This document shows, one piece after another, positions 31,906 through 42,435 of a stretch of DNA of 64,000 bases. Positions within the stretch are counted from its first letter, which is position 1. Every line of letters begins with the position of its first letter. The notes below the pieces were generated by a model, which did no database searches, was not told where the DNA came from, and was given only the letters and a program-made list of their open reading frames with translations. The position numbers and the translations under genes were made by a program. Source of the DNA: an uncultured Flavobacteriales bacterium (GTDB lineage: Bacteria > Bacteroidota > Bacteroidia > CAIKAF01); the NCBI GenBank assembly GCA_903837495.1, contig CAILUT010000006.1:392-64391 (forward strand), in the 5' to 3' direction.

Positions 31906-31990
31906 GGCAGGCGCAAAGGGCTTAACGGGCAGGCGCAAGGCCTTAACGGGCAGGCGCAAGGCCTGCAAGGGCAGGCGCAAGGCCTGCCCC
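31906..31990. repeat. Second copy of the 21-bp tandem repeat array (4 units)
   Basis: Same unit as the array at 29554..29659. The flanking about 110 bp upstream is also duplicated. Confidence 0.9.
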
Positions 31991-32215
31991 AACGGCGCAA
32001 ACGGCCACGATCTGCGGCAGGGATTGCCCTTTCGGCTGCCGCCCTCCTTCTTCCTTTATAAATGAATAGGCTGGAAATTCCAAAGCAAGCCAATTTCTAT
32101 TTTTTGGCCATTCTAAAACGTACAGCATTTCAAAATGAAATTTATGTAAGAAACACATTAACTTTTTTTAAAGTATTCCTATATTTGAAGCATCCTAAAC
32201 CAAAAGTTAATTCAC

Positions 32216-34105
32216 ATGAATCTACGTTTTACCATTTTGGCTGCTGGCTTAATGTGCAGTGGTGTTGGCTTGGCTCAAACTTCTGTGCCCTGCGGACGTG
32301 CAACCAATATCTACACGATATTGCGCCCATCTCAGAATCAGGTTTATGCAGATCAGGCTTCCAAGTCCATTATTTTTATTCACCGTCAGGATGTTTCGCA
32401 AAGCGGTGAACCCGCTACCAACAGCGGAGTGCTGCTGTACAGCGTTTCCGATAACTTTGGAAGCAGCTTTACTCAAAACGTTAGCCGGTTGAATCCTGCC
32501 TATACCCGCGCCGCTCGCTATCCGCAAATTGCGCTGTACAACGGCAACGACGGAGTTTCTTTCAACAATACCTCGACCATTTGGTCGGCCCCAACCCTAA
32601 AGCCAGGCAATGCAGGCTGGGACGGGCACGTTGGCGGCGCCTTGGCCTCGGTTACCAACAACCCCAACTCAACCGAGAATTACGGTTTCCAAAACCAAAA
32701 TTCAGGGCTGCCCGGAGGTTTGAGCCAGCGGCCTGGAACTACCGAGTACTTTATGGTGGAGACTCCGCTGAAAAACGATACCCTTCAGGCCGACTCGATT
32801 TATGTGTACAAAGGCATTTTTGATCCAAGTGCTACCGATATTGCTTGGTCTAGAACCCATGTTCTGACCGCCAACACCAACAAAACCTACGATGGTGTTG
32901 GACGGCAAATGCAGCCCAACTTGGCTTTTTCGCCCGATGGGCAAACCGCTTGGATTGGAGCCTTGGGCGATTTGGTTGGAGGGAACGACTCGGTGTACAG
33001 CCCAATTCTGTACAAAAGCACCGACGGAGGTCAAACCTGGGGCGCTGCTGTCGAGGTGCAGTTGACTTCCCTTCCCATTATTATGGATTCGCTGCAATCT
33101 CTGTTGTATCTGACCCAAAACGGTGATACGGCTTATGTTTCTGCTCCTACCGCCACCTTTGATTTTGATATTACCGTGGACAACGGTGGAAACCCACACT
33201 TTTTCTGCACCGTAGGTGCGGGTGAAGTGCGTTCCCTGCAAGGTGTTGCTCAAGGCAACGGAAAAGTATATTCGGTTTATCCGTTTTATACCCCTATGAT
33301 GATTGACATTACCTCCTTGGACGGAGGAAATACCTGGACGGCCGAGTACATTTCGCCGCTGTTGACGTTCCGCACCGATATTCCTGTGAATGTATCGATT
33401 GATGCCTATCCGCAAACCTCACGGAACGCAGATGGCAGCTTGGTTTTTTTCTCTTGGACGGATACCGACACCTTGTTGGTGGGTTCAACCATCGACAACA
33501 CTTCGCCCAACTTGCGCGTGGCCGGCCTGCGCATCAGCGACCGCTTTAAAACATGCTTCCGCCGGATTGAGGGCGTCATCAACGACGATTTGGTGTTGGC
33601 TCCTTCGATGGCGCCTTACGTCATCAGCGACAACAACAACACCCGGCATACCTTGCCTATTGTATCGGCTCGGTTGATTTCGGACTCCGACAACCCGGTA
33701 GAGTTCCATTACTTGGGCAATGTGGCGCGTTTGTGCAACGAAGACTTTGTTGACCCCAACCTGGGAATCGATTACCGCTACAGCTTTGATGGCATTTGCT
33801 ACAACTGGCAATGGGATGTGTGCGAGCCCTCTAGCTCCATCGAAAATGAAGAAGAAGGTCAACTGGATGTGAATTTATACCCCAACCCTGTAGTTCAAAC
33901 GGCCACGGTTGATTTGAGCTCCTTTAACGGGCAACCCGTTTCGGCTCAAGTATTCAACAATCTAGGTCAGATGGTACTTGATTTGGGTGAAGTAACTGGA
34001 AGCAGCTTGATTTTAAATGCCCAGAATTTCAATTCAGGAATTTATATGCTAACCCTGCGTTCGGCGAATAAAAATGAATCGGTTCGGTTCTTGATTCAGC
34101 AATAA
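32216..34105 (+). CDS. BNR-repeat (sialidase/glycosyl-hydrolase-like) secreted protein with C-terminal T9SS sorting domain
   Basis: BNR motifs STDGGQTWG and SLDGGNTWT. Signal peptide. C-terminal …LYPNPVVQTATVDLS…GIYMLTLRS… CTD. Confidence 0.75.
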   Translation: MNLRFTILAAGLMCSGVGLAQTSVPCGRATNIYTILRPSQNQVYADQASKSIIFIHRQDVSQSGEPATNSGVLLYSVSDNFGSSFTQNVSRLNPAYTRAARYPQIALYNGNDGVSFNNTSTIWSAPTLKPGNAGWDGHVGGALASVTNNPNSTENYGFQNQNSGLPGGLSQRPGTTEYFMVETPLKNDTLQADSIYVYKGIFDPSATDIAWSRTHVLTANTNKTYDGVGRQMQPNLAFSPDGQTAWIGALGDLVGGNDSVYSPILYKSTDGGQTWGAAVEVQLTSLPIIMDSLQSLLYLTQNGDTAYVSAPTATFDFDITVDNGGNPHFFCTVGAGEVRSLQGVAQGNGKVYSVYPFYTPMMIDITSLDGGNTWTAEYISPLLTFRTDIPVNVSIDAYPQTSRNADGSLVFFSWTDTDTLLVGSTIDNTSPNLRVAGLRISDRFKTCFRRIEGVINDDLVLAPSMAPYVISDNNNTRHTLPIVSARLISDSDNPVEFHYLGNVARLCNEDFVDPNLGIDYRYSFDGICYNWQWDVCEPSSSIENEEEGQLDVNLYPNPVVQTATVDLSSFNGQPVSAQVFNNLGQMVLDLGEVTGSSLILNAQNFNSGIYMLTLRSANKNESVRFLIQQ

Positions 34106-34128
34106 TCGAAGTTCAAAAAAGTGCAAAA

Positions 34129-34155
34129 GGGGAGGCCAAAAACCTCCCCTTTTTT
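34129..34155 (+). terminator. Intrinsic terminator (GGGGAGG…CCTCCCC followed by TTTTTT)
   Basis: 7-bp GC stem with T-tract, directly after the stop of the BNR gene. Confidence 0.7.
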
Positions 34156-34271
34156 ATTGACAACAACCAAGGAAATTGATACCTTGTGTTCGGAAACGGG
34201 TTTGGTAGGGCAAAACCTAAGATGCATTTTAGGGCCAAACTGCCAAAGCCGAATTAAAACAAGCAACGTAC

Positions 34272-36080
34272 ATGAACTTCCCCAGAATATGGAAGTTCCT
34301 CACCCCCTTAATTTTAGGCATGCTGCTTCCGGAATCGGGTTGGATTCCGGTGCTTTTTATGGGCGTTGCCAGCACCTATGCCAGCCCTGCATCGGTGCTG
34401 GGCGGGCTCTGTTTGTGGGTGTTTTCGGCCCTTTCAACCCAAACAGAAATCCCGACAAGGCCATGGAAAACCTCTTGCCAAGTGCGGGTAGAAATTACAG
34501 AAGCTTCGGGTAAATCGTCCAACAACAGGTGTTCGGCCCTCGTTTTACAGGGAAATCTAAGCCCGGGGATGCATGTACTGTTAAAACTGCCAAAAAAGGG
34601 AGGGCAACAGCTTCAAGAGGGGGAGCAATGGTGGGTTAGGGGACTGGCAGAATTGCCAGGGGAGCCCCGAAATCCGACCCGGTTTTCTGAAGCCCGGTAC
34701 CTAAAGTCAAAAGGCTTGGATGCAGTTATTCAAGTAGGCAGCAGCGGGCTGTTTTGTTTTCAGCAGGTCAGTGCAGAGCGTGCAGTCCCCAAATCGCTGG
34801 CACAGGTTTGGGCCCAAAAAATACAGCAACACAGCCCTTCGGCCCCCAGCGGATTTTTGGTGCGTGCCTTGTTGTTGGGCGACAAATCGGGGTTAACCCA
34901 ATCCATGAAAAGTTGGTTTCGCCGCACCGGTCTAAGCCATTTGTTGGCGGTTTCTGGCTTGCATGTCGCCATATTGTTTGCAGGGTTAAATTTAATTCTG
35001 CTGGTATTTCCGGGGAAGCTGACCTGGCTTACTGGGGTTAAAGCGGTTTTTCTTTCCTTGGCTTTGTTGGGGTATTCCTATTTAACAGGCTTTTCGCCTT
35101 CGGTCCTCAGGGCTTCTTTGATGCTTGGGTTTGCCCAATGGTTTCTCGTTTTAAGGCGGAAGCCCAATGGCATTCAAAACCTAGGCTTGGCTGTGTTTTT
35201 TTTGCTGGCTTTAGACCCCAAAATGGCATTCAATGCCGGTTTTCAACTGTCTGTTTTAGCGGTAGCCGGCATATTGATTATAGAACCCATGTTGAGCAAA
35301 TACAAACCCAAGCAGGTACCCCCTTGGTTGTGGTCAGGACTTGCGGTAAGCCTATCGGCCCAAATATCAACCGCACCGCTTATGTTAAGCTGGAATGGTC
35401 AATTTCCCACCTGGTTTTTGCTGACCAATCTGCTGGCCATTCCTCTAACCACCTTGTATATGTATTTATCGGTGGTTTGGTTTATCGGGGTTTTGGTGTT
35501 TGATTCTCATCCACAAATCGACGTGGTTTTTTCCTGGTGTGGTACGCATTACCTAAAAGCCATCGAATGGATGGGGACCTGGCCGGCATCGGAGCTCCTT
35601 GTGCCCAAGCCCGACACGATGGAGCTGGTTTTTGCGTACGGCTTGCTGATTTCCCTGTTATGGAAACTGGCTTCGAAGTCCCTTTGGCCATATTATTGGA
35701 TTTCCCTTCTGATTTTTGCGGGCTGGACCTGGCAAAAACAGCAGCAGGGTTTAGCTCAACACCTTTATTTTCAGGCAAAACAAGGGCCGCCCACCTTGTT
35801 TTTGTGGAATGGGTACCGCTTGGGAGCTTCCTTGGAAATCCCTGTCGATAAAATGCCCCTGAACGTGATTTTCAAGGGCAAAACCTATACAATAACGCAG
35901 AGCCCCTTAACCTTGGATGTTGTTCAGAATGCCGATGCGGTATTTTGGCTGGACCGCAAACGCCCACCATGGGATTGGGTGCATGCATTGCCCGAAGCCC
36001 CTCCAAAGTACAGTTTGCAAGCCTTCCCACCCTCAGGCTGGAAAAGTCTTGCCGATAGCACCGATTTGGTTTTGTATTAG
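34272..36080 (+). CDS. comEC: ComEC/Rec2-family DNA internalization-related membrane protein
   Basis: Multi-TM protein with the competence-domain motif …LLGDKSGL…TGLSHLLAVSGLHVAILF…. Confidence 0.8.
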   Translation: MNFPRIWKFLTPLILGMLLPESGWIPVLFMGVASTYASPASVLGGLCLWVFSALSTQTEIPTRPWKTSCQVRVEITEASGKSSNNRCSALVLQGNLSPGMHVLLKLPKKGGQQLQEGEQWWVRGLAELPGEPRNPTRFSEARYLKSKGLDAVIQVGSSGLFCFQQVSAERAVPKSLAQVWAQKIQQHSPSAPSGFLVRALLLGDKSGLTQSMKSWFRRTGLSHLLAVSGLHVAILFAGLNLILLVFPGKLTWLTGVKAVFLSLALLGYSYLTGFSPSVLRASLMLGFAQWFLVLRRKPNGIQNLGLAVFFLLALDPKMAFNAGFQLSVLAVAGILIIEPMLSKYKPKQVPPWLWSGLAVSLSAQISTAPLMLSWNGQFPTWFLLTNLLAIPLTTLYMYLSVVWFIGVLVFDSHPQIDVVFSWCGTHYLKAIEWMGTWPASELLVPKPDTMELVFAYGLLISLLWKLASKSLWPYYWISLLIFAGWTWQKQQQGLAQHLYFQAKQGPPTLFLWNGYRLGASLEIPVDKMPLNVIFKGKTYTITQSPLTLDVVQNADAVFWLDRKRPPWDWVHALPEAPPKYSLQAFPPSGWKSLADSTDLVLY

Positions 36081-36106
36081 GCCATTTCTTTCCCTATTTT
36101 TGCAAC

Positions 36107-37345
36107 ATGAAATCCAATGGGATTCCCTTCGTTTTATTTTTACTTCTTAGCCTGAATTCTGCTTTGGCACAGAGCTGGAGTTGGAGCACGGTGCCTGCCA
36201 ATCAAATAGCTTTGAATGCACAGGGACTTACATCGCTGTGCAGGGCCCAAAGTGAAGAAATATGGATAGGCACCGACGCGGGGCTTGTTTTATACTCAAA
36301 TCAGCAATTCGCGGTGGTTCCAAGTTTGGCTGGGCAATACATTCGCTGCATGCTTTGGGATTCGTTGAATGCCACTTTGTGGGTTGGAACAGATGGAGGG
36401 GGATTGTTTTCCAAGGCGGGGAATGTGTGGACTCAGGTTTTTCCTCAAAGTCAGGTTGGGCCGCCTGAGAGTCGGATTCAAAGCTTGGCCTTGCATCAAG
36501 GAAGCTTGTGGGTAGGGGGTGCTGAAAAAGGGCTTTTTAAGCGAGATGGTTCTGCTTGGCAGCAGTTCAACGCCTTGACCACCGCGGGCCAATTGCCTTT
36601 CTCTTCGGTAAATGCCTTGCTTTCGGCGGGCTCAGGACTGTGGGTGGCTACCCAAACCAACGGTCTATACCGCTTGTTGGACCAAGGGGGATTTACGTAT
36701 TTGAGCGTAGATTCAGGCTTGCCGGCAAACCACGTACAATCCTTGCATTGGCAAGATCCCTATGTTTGGATTGGGCATTCTGGAACGCAGTCAAACAACC
36801 ACCTTTCTAGGTACCATACGCAGCAAAAAACCATAGACATATTTTCACCGGCCACGGGCTTTCCGGCTTTCCGACAGGTGTATGCTTTTGCCGAAGACAG
36901 TGCAGGTAGAATATGGATTGGCAGCCATTTGAGCGATTTTCCCTTGGCGTATTTTGACGGGCAGGGTTTTATTGGAATCTCAGAGTTTGCGTCCGGATTT
37001 ATCGCCTCGCCCATCAAAGCCCTGCTGCTGGATTCACTCCAATCGGTTTGGGTTGGTCATTTTGGGGGGCTGTCGGTCAACACCCTTTTGCCCACGTCCA
37101 TTCATGAACCGGATTTGAATTCGAATCTGCTGCCTTACCCAAATCCTTTTGTTGAAGTATTGCATATTCCCGTCGAATCGGAACAAGGGTTTTGGGAGTT
37201 GATCAATATGCGGGGAGAAACCGTGGCAAAGGGCCTAGGAAATACAATTTCGGGAACCCAATTGGAGTCGGGTGTTTACCTGTTGAAATATGGGGGGGCA
37301 AAGGGGAAGGTTAAAACAGCCCTTACATTTAGAAAGAACGATTGA
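36107..37345 (+). CDS. Secreted beta-propeller (two-component-regulator-propeller-like repeats) protein with T9SS C-terminal sorting domain
   Basis: Repeated …W(I/V)GT.GG(L/G)… blades. Signal peptide. C-terminal …YPNPFVEVLHIPVES…GVYLLKY… CTD. Confidence 0.7.
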   Translation: MKSNGIPFVLFLLLSLNSALAQSWSWSTVPANQIALNAQGLTSLCRAQSEEIWIGTDAGLVLYSNQQFAVVPSLAGQYIRCMLWDSLNATLWVGTDGGGLFSKAGNVWTQVFPQSQVGPPESRIQSLALHQGSLWVGGAEKGLFKRDGSAWQQFNALTTAGQLPFSSVNALLSAGSGLWVATQTNGLYRLLDQGGFTYLSVDSGLPANHVQSLHWQDPYVWIGHSGTQSNNHLSRYHTQQKTIDIFSPATGFPAFRQVYAFAEDSAGRIWIGSHLSDFPLAYFDGQGFIGISEFASGFIASPIKALLLDSLQSVWVGHFGGLSVNTLLPTSIHEPDLNSNLLPYPNPFVEVLHIPVESEQGFWELINMRGETVAKGLGNTISGTQLESGVYLLKYGGAKGKVKTALTFRKND

Positions 37346-37355
37346 GGAAAGACCT

Positions 37356-38294
37356 ATGGATTTAATGCAGGCAGCAAATTGGCAGTTGATACTAAACCCG
37401 GTTTCAGGGAAATTCAAACACAAGCGAAAGGCCGTGTTGGAAGCCTTGAATCAAATGCGGATTCCCTTTGAAGAGCATACCACATCTCAGGCTGGCGATG
37501 CCTTTCATTTGGTGCAAAACGCGATTGCAAAGGGGAATACAAAGATATTGGCTTGCGGGGGAGACGGAACCGTACACGAGGTGGTCAATGGCATATTAGA
37601 CCAAACCGTACGTCCTGCCGCCGATGTATCCTTGGCTTATATTCCCAGTGGCAGTGCCAACGATTGGGCTAGAACCCTTGGAATTTCAGAGGACCCCTTG
37701 CAGGCGGTAAAGGCCATTAAAACCGGAAATTATTTTCGGCACGACATAGGCATGGTTTATGGGGCCGATTCGGCAGCCCCTTTTTATTTTGCGAATGTAT
37801 TGGGTGTTGGGTTTGACGCACAGGTAGCTCAAAGGACCAATGCCCGCCGCAAGCCTGGGCAGCGGATTCATTACCGTTGGCAGATTTTACGTAACCTATC
37901 TGGCTTTCAAACTCCCGACATTCGCTTAAGCGTTGATGGGCAAGAAGTGTATCAAGGGCCGGCCTTTTCTTTGGCCGTAGGCATAGGAAAATACAATGGA
38001 AATGGAATGACTCCATGCCCCGATGCCGTGCCCGACGACGGTTATTTTGATGTAACTGTTTTTACCAATCCCAGCAAATGGGATGTGTTAACCAAATCAG
38101 GTCGCTTGTACTCCGGAGATTTTTTTGATTTGGAATTTGTTCGTTTTTTCCGAGGCCAATCCATACAAATTGAATCCAACCAAAAGGTTTTGGTTGAAGC
38201 CGATGGGGAATCAAGAGGGCAATTGCCCATTCGAATTGAGGTGCTGCACAGGCATATCAAATGCCTTACTCAGCTTAAAAACAAAGATTTATAA
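37356..38294 (+). CDS. Diacylglycerol/lipid kinase family protein (YegS/DagK-like)
   Basis: …ILACGGDGTVHEVVNGI… catalytic-domain motif. Confidence 0.8.
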   Translation: MDLMQAANWQLILNPVSGKFKHKRKAVLEALNQMRIPFEEHTTSQAGDAFHLVQNAIAKGNTKILACGGDGTVHEVVNGILDQTVRPAADVSLAYIPSGSANDWARTLGISEDPLQAVKAIKTGNYFRHDIGMVYGADSAAPFYFANVLGVGFDAQVAQRTNARRKPGQRIHYRWQILRNLSGFQTPDIRLSVDGQEVYQGPAFSLAVGIGKYNGNGMTPCPDAVPDDGYFDVTVFTNPSKWDVLTKSGRLYSGDFFDLEFVRFFRGQSIQIESNQKVLVEADGESRGQLPIRIEVLHRHIKCLTQLKNKDL

Positions 38295-38303
38295 GTAGAA
38301 TTC

Positions 38304-39221
38304 TTACAGGAATCTGGGCTCAGCCATCGAATAATGCTGTCCGTCAAAAGCCAGTTTACAGGCTTGGGTGCTGGCATCGTGTTCAAAAATGATGTTCCTT
38401 CCCGATTCAAAGCAATCCCTTAAAATCCGCTCTTTTTCTTTCAAGGTTTCAAGGGGCCGAATGTCGTACCCCATAACAAAGGGCAAGCGAATGTGGTGGG
38501 CCGAAGGGATTAAATCGGCCATGTACATCCATTCCTGACCTTGTTGGTCTAGAACAATGGGTAAAATTTGGGATTCGGTATGGCCATAAACGGTTTGCAG
38601 TTGGATGCCTTCAAAGGGGAATCCATTTTCTACCCAATTCAAAACCCCTGCAGCCTCGATGGGCAGTAGGTTTTCTTTCAAAAAAGACGCTTTTTCGCGT
38701 GGGTTTGGATTTAGGGCGTGGTTCCAGTGGGCCTTGCTTACCCAATGTTTGGCATTGGGAAATGCGAGTTCATAATCCGCTTCTGTACCCGCCTGCCTTA
38801 AAACGGCGCCCCCACAATGGTCAAAATGAAGGTGGGTAAAAAGCACATCTGTAATGGAATCGGCTGAAATTCCGATGGAATTCAGTGCAGGTACAATGGT
38901 GTTTCCTGTAGGCTCGTAATGGCTAAAAAACCGCTCCGATTGCTTGTTGCCCATGCCGGTATCTACCAAAACACGCTGGTTTCCGCGTTGCAGCAAAAGG
39001 CAACGCATGGCCCAAGTGCATCGGTTTTGGGAGTCGCATTCCAACATGGCATTCCAAATGGGTTTTGGAACCACTCCAAACATGGCACCTCCATCTAACT
39101 TTAAGGTTCCTGCTAAAACCTCGGATATTTTCCAGCCTTCCATGCAAGCAAGATAAGTGCTTCTGTCTTGAATTCCAACTTTTCTTCGGCCTTGGCAAGC
39201 CCCAAATAAAGTTATGAACAT
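38304..39221 (-). CDS. MBL-fold metallo-hydrolase
   Basis: HLHFDHCGG metal-binding motif. Confidence 0.8.
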   Translation of the reverse strand: MFITLFGACQGRRKVGIQDRSTYLACMEGWKISEVLAGTLKLDGGAMFGVVPKPIWNAMLECDSQNRCTWAMRCLLLQRGNQRVLVDTGMGNKQSERFFSHYEPTGNTIVPALNSIGISADSITDVLFTHLHFDHCGGAVLRQAGTEADYELAFPNAKHWVSKAHWNHALNPNPREKASFLKENLLPIEAAGVLNWVENGFPFEGIQLQTVYGHTESQILPIVLDQQGQEWMYMADLIPSAHHIRLPFVMGYDIRPLETLKEKERILRDCFESGRNIIFEHDASTQACKLAFDGQHYSMAEPRFL

Positions 39222-39291
39222 AAGTAGGACAGCACTGAAAAACTACTTAATTTTGATGTTCAGTTATAAATTACTAAAAAACTGATTTACA

Positions 39292-39558
39292 GTGACTAAG
39301 TTTAATCCTACTTTATCCAGCCTTCGGTCGAAAATCGAGAAATTGATGTTGATGTACAAGGCTTTAGAGGAGGAAATGTTTCGTTTAAACCAAGAAAACG
39401 AAGATTTAAAGCGGCAAGCGGGTTTGGTGGTTGGTGAGCCTTTGTCTCAGATTAGCCACAGTCCAGATATAGACGCTATTCAATCCATCGCTCAGCGCCT
39501 GCGGACGGAAATTGAGGCCCTTCGGCAGGAAATTCAACCCCAAAATTCGGAGGAATGA
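39292..39558 (+). CDS. Small coiled-coil protein upstream of zapA (possible cell-division accessory, ZapB-like)
   Basis: 88 aa, heptad-rich, translationally coupled to zapA by a 4-nt overlap. Confidence 0.5.
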   Translation: MTKFNPTLSSLRSKIEKLMLMYKALEEEMFRLNQENEDLKRQAGLVVGEPLSQISHSPDIDAIQSIAQRLRTEIEALRQEIQPQNSEE

Positions 39559-39851
39559 TTTCAGTAAAAATACAGGTCGGCAACCGAACCTATCCTTTAA
39601 GTGTGCCTGAAGATCGGCAGCAGTCCATTCAAGAGTCTGCGGAAGCCATAAACCAACGCATTGCGGAATACCAAAGTAAATATGCGGTAAAAGACATGCA
39701 AGACTTGCTGGCAATGACCTTGCTGGAATATGTTCTTAAGGTCAGTTCTGGCCAAGAAGGCAATTTTTCTGCTGCTTCGGGGGAAGAATCGCTGCAGCAA
39801 GAGCTGTCGGAATTGGAACGTTTTATTGGTAAGTTTCTGGAAGACAGATAG
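39555..39851 (+). CDS. zapA: Cell division protein ZapA
   Basis: 98 aa. N-terminus VKIQVGNRTYPLSV. Conserved zapA-rny neighbourhood. Confidence 0.8.
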   Translation: MISVKIQVGNRTYPLSVPEDRQQSIQESAEAINQRIAEYQSKYAVKDMQDLLAMTLLEYVLKVSSGQEGNFSAASGEESLQQELSELERFIGKFLEDR

Positions 39852-39923
39852 GTTGAATTTTATATTTTTTCTTTGCCTAAACAAGCACTAAATTTGAGGC
39901 AACATTACTTAAATTGAACATAC

Positions 39924-41474
39924 ATGACTCATATATTATTCCTTCAATCCTTTATTTTGCCGCTGATTGCATTGGCAGTTGGATTGGGAGCCGGTTACGG
40001 CATTTACCACATTGTATTGCAAAAACGGGGAGCCGCTGTTTTAGCCAAAGCCGAGGCCGATGGCGAGGTTATTAAGAAAGAGAAAATTCTGCAAGCCAAG
40101 GAGAAATTCCTACAATTAAAAGCGGAAAACAGCCAGAATTTTCAAGAGCAGCGATCTAAAATTCAAGAGCATGAATCTCGGAACAAGCAAAAAGAGCAAC
40201 AACTCAATCAGAAACAAGAAGAACTAAAAAGGGTAGAAAGCAATACACAGCGGTTGCAAGATGAACTTGCCCAGCGTTTGGAAATGGTCGAGAAAAAGAA
40301 ACAAGACCTAGATAAAATGCACCAACGGCAACTTCAGCAGTTGGAAACCATTGCGGGCCTTTCTGCCGAAAACGCCAAAGCACAGCTTGTAGAAGCCTTG
40401 CAACAAGATGCCAAATCGGAAGCCATGGCTTTGGTTCAAGATATGGTTGAAGAAGCCAAACTCAACGCCAGCAAAGAAGCCAAGCGCATCATTATACAAT
40501 CCATTCAACGCTTGGGCACCGAAACCGCCGTTGAAAACGCCATTACTGTATTTAACATTGAAAGCGATGACATAAAAGGCCGGATTATTGGTCGGGAAGG
40601 CCGAAACATTCGAGCTCTTGAGGCTGCAACTGGTGTTGAAATCATTATTGACGATACCCCAGAGGCCATTGTATTGTCGTGTTTTGACCCGGTTCGGCGC
40701 GAGGTGGCCCGCTTGGCTTTGCACCAATTGGTAAGCGATGGACGCATTCATCCAGCTCGGGTTGAAGAGGTGGTCATCAAGGTGCAGCGCCAATTGGAAG
40801 AAGAAATTTTGGAAATCGGGAAGCGTACCTGCATCGATTTGGGCGTGAACGGCTTGCATACCGATTTGATGCGGCACATCGGTAAAATGCGCTACCGCTC
40901 TTCGTATGGTCAAAACTTATTGCAGCACAGCCGCGAAGTTGCCAATTTGTGCGCCGTTATGGCCTCAGAACTCGGATTGAATCCCAAACTGGCCAAACGC
41001 GCCGGCCTGCTTCACGACATTGGAAAAGTTCCAGATGGCGAAACCGAATTGCCGCACGCCATTTATGGCATGAAACTGGCCGAAAAATACCGGGAAAAAC
41101 CCGAAGTATGCAACGCCATTGGTGCCCACCACGACGAGGTAGAAATGACCAGCATGCTGGCCCCCATTGTTCAGGTTTGCGACGCCATTTCTGGAGCCCG
41201 GCCCGGAGCCCGCCGCGAGATGACCGAATCGTACATCCAACGCATCAAAGATTTGGAAAACCTAGGCATGGAATACTCGGGCGTTTTAAAATGCTTCGCC
41301 ATTCAAGCCGGCCGCGAGCTGCGTGTAATGGTTGAAAGCGATAAAGTTACCGACGAGCAATCCGATAAATTGGCTTTTGAAATTTCCCAGAAAATTCAAA
41401 ACGAAATGAGCTACCCCGGGCAGGTTCGAGTTACGGTAATCCGCGAAAAACGCTCGGTGGCCGTAGCCAGATAA
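39924..41474 (+). CDS. rny: Ribonuclease Y
   Basis: N-terminal TM, coiled-coil, KH domain ([22 protein letters not shown]) and HD domain (LLHDIGK). Confidence 0.95.
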   Translation: MTHILFLQSFILPLIALAVGLGAGYGIYHIVLQKRGAAVLAKAEADGEVIKKEKILQAKEKFLQLKAENSQNFQEQRSKIQEHESRNKQKEQQLNQKQEELKRVESNTQRLQDELAQRLEMVEKKKQDLDKMHQRQLQQLETIAGLSAENAKAQLVEALQQDAKSEAMALVQDMVEEAKLNASKEAKRIIIQSIQRLGTETAVENAITVFNIESDDIKGRIIGREGRNIRALEAATGVEIIIDDTPEAIVLSCFDPVRREVARLALHQLVSDGRIHPARVEEVVIKVQRQLEEEILEIGKRTCIDLGVNGLHTDLMRHIGKMRYRSSYGQNLLQHSREVANLCAVMASELGLNPKLAKRAGLLHDIGKVPDGETELPHAIYGMKLAEKYREKPEVCNAIGAHHDEVEMTSMLAPIVQVCDAISGARPGARREMTESYIQRIKDLENLGMEYSGVLKCFAIQAGRELRVMVESDKVTDEQSDKLAFEISQKIQNEMSYPGQVRVTVIREKRSVAVAR

Positions 41475-41475
41475 G

Positions 41476-42345
41476 CTACAATCCCTGAAGCCCCAAATGA
41501 AAAACCTGGATATCCTCGTAAAAGAGTCCAGATTTGTTTCGCTCTAAACTCGCCTTTATTTCCTCGAGCCAGGTCTGCATCCAAAACACATTCGGATGCT
41601 GATCTACCGGCTCCTGAAGCCACCACTCCTGCTTTAACTGCTTAAAATAATGGTCTAATTCCCGCTCCGAAAAGCGAGCCCCAAGGCCGTAAGGACTCAC
41701 AAAATTTTTCAGTTCGTTGGCCGACCACACAGCATCGACCTGCCTTTCCCAACGCAGCAAACAGGTGCCCGGAATTTTTGCGGGAGTCAATTGCAGATTT
41801 ATTTCTTGGGCCGCCAGCATATACAATCCGGCATGAACACAGCTGCTGCCAATCCGATGCTCCAATAAGGTGTGCATAAAACAATGCCTGAACGTAGAAT
41901 TGTCGCCGGGCTTTAGCATCTTAACTTCGTAAAAAAGATGGTTTAGAAGCTTGATTTTCTCGTCTGCCTTTGCTGCGTTTCGGTTTTCTGTGGGCAAATA
42001 CGAAACCCAGGTTTTTAGCCGCTGCATCAGTTTTTCCCAATCTAAATGCGGAAAAAAATGCAGATGCACCAATTCTAAGCCCAGCCGAAGTTCATCGGGC
42101 TGAGCCAGCCATGTTCTAAGCAGCCTCAAGGTGTTTTGCCGCCGAATGGCATTTATGGCTTCCTCGGCCCGCCTTTGAACCTGTTCCTGCATGGTATTTT
42201 CCCATATCTTTTCCAGGTTTGCAAGGGCTTCAACTCCCACATCGGTGATTTGCTGAAGCAGCATCTGCCAAACTTCCGGGTCGGGATCGGCCATTAACTT
42301 GGGCATTACACGCCAAACTATTTTTTTTTCTTGCCCCAAGTGCAA
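41476..42345 (-). CDS. Transglutaminase-like (putative Cys-peptidase) domain protein
   Basis: Core G-SSC-VHAGLYMLAAQEINLQLTPAKIPG resembles the transglutaminase-like G.C..FA..F…GIPAR motif. Otherwise unknown. Confidence 0.45.
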   Translation of the reverse strand: MHLGQEKKIVWRVMPKLMADPDPEVWQMLLQQITDVGVEALANLEKIWENTMQEQVQRRAEEAINAIRRQNTLRLLRTWLAQPDELRLGLELVHLHFFPHLDWEKLMQRLKTWVSYLPTENRNAAKADEKIKLLNHLFYEVKMLKPGDNSTFRHCFMHTLLEHRIGSSCVHAGLYMLAAQEINLQLTPAKIPGTCLLRWERQVDAVWSANELKNFVSPYGLGARFSERELDHYFKQLKQEWWLQEPVDQHPNVFWMQTWLEEIKASLERNKSGLFYEDIQVFHLGLQGL

Positions 42346-42435
42346 CCTTTTTTAAAATTTATCGTAAAATACAACATAACCAATTCGTAAAAGCCTATCG
42401 ATCGTACGCATACTTAACCTTCAATCCTTGTAGTT

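Noticed and set aside
34121-34513. 130-aa ORF overlapping the terminator after the BNR gene and the start of comEC
   Set aside because: It starts inside a terminator hairpin and runs out of frame across the comEC start. It has no recognisable features.
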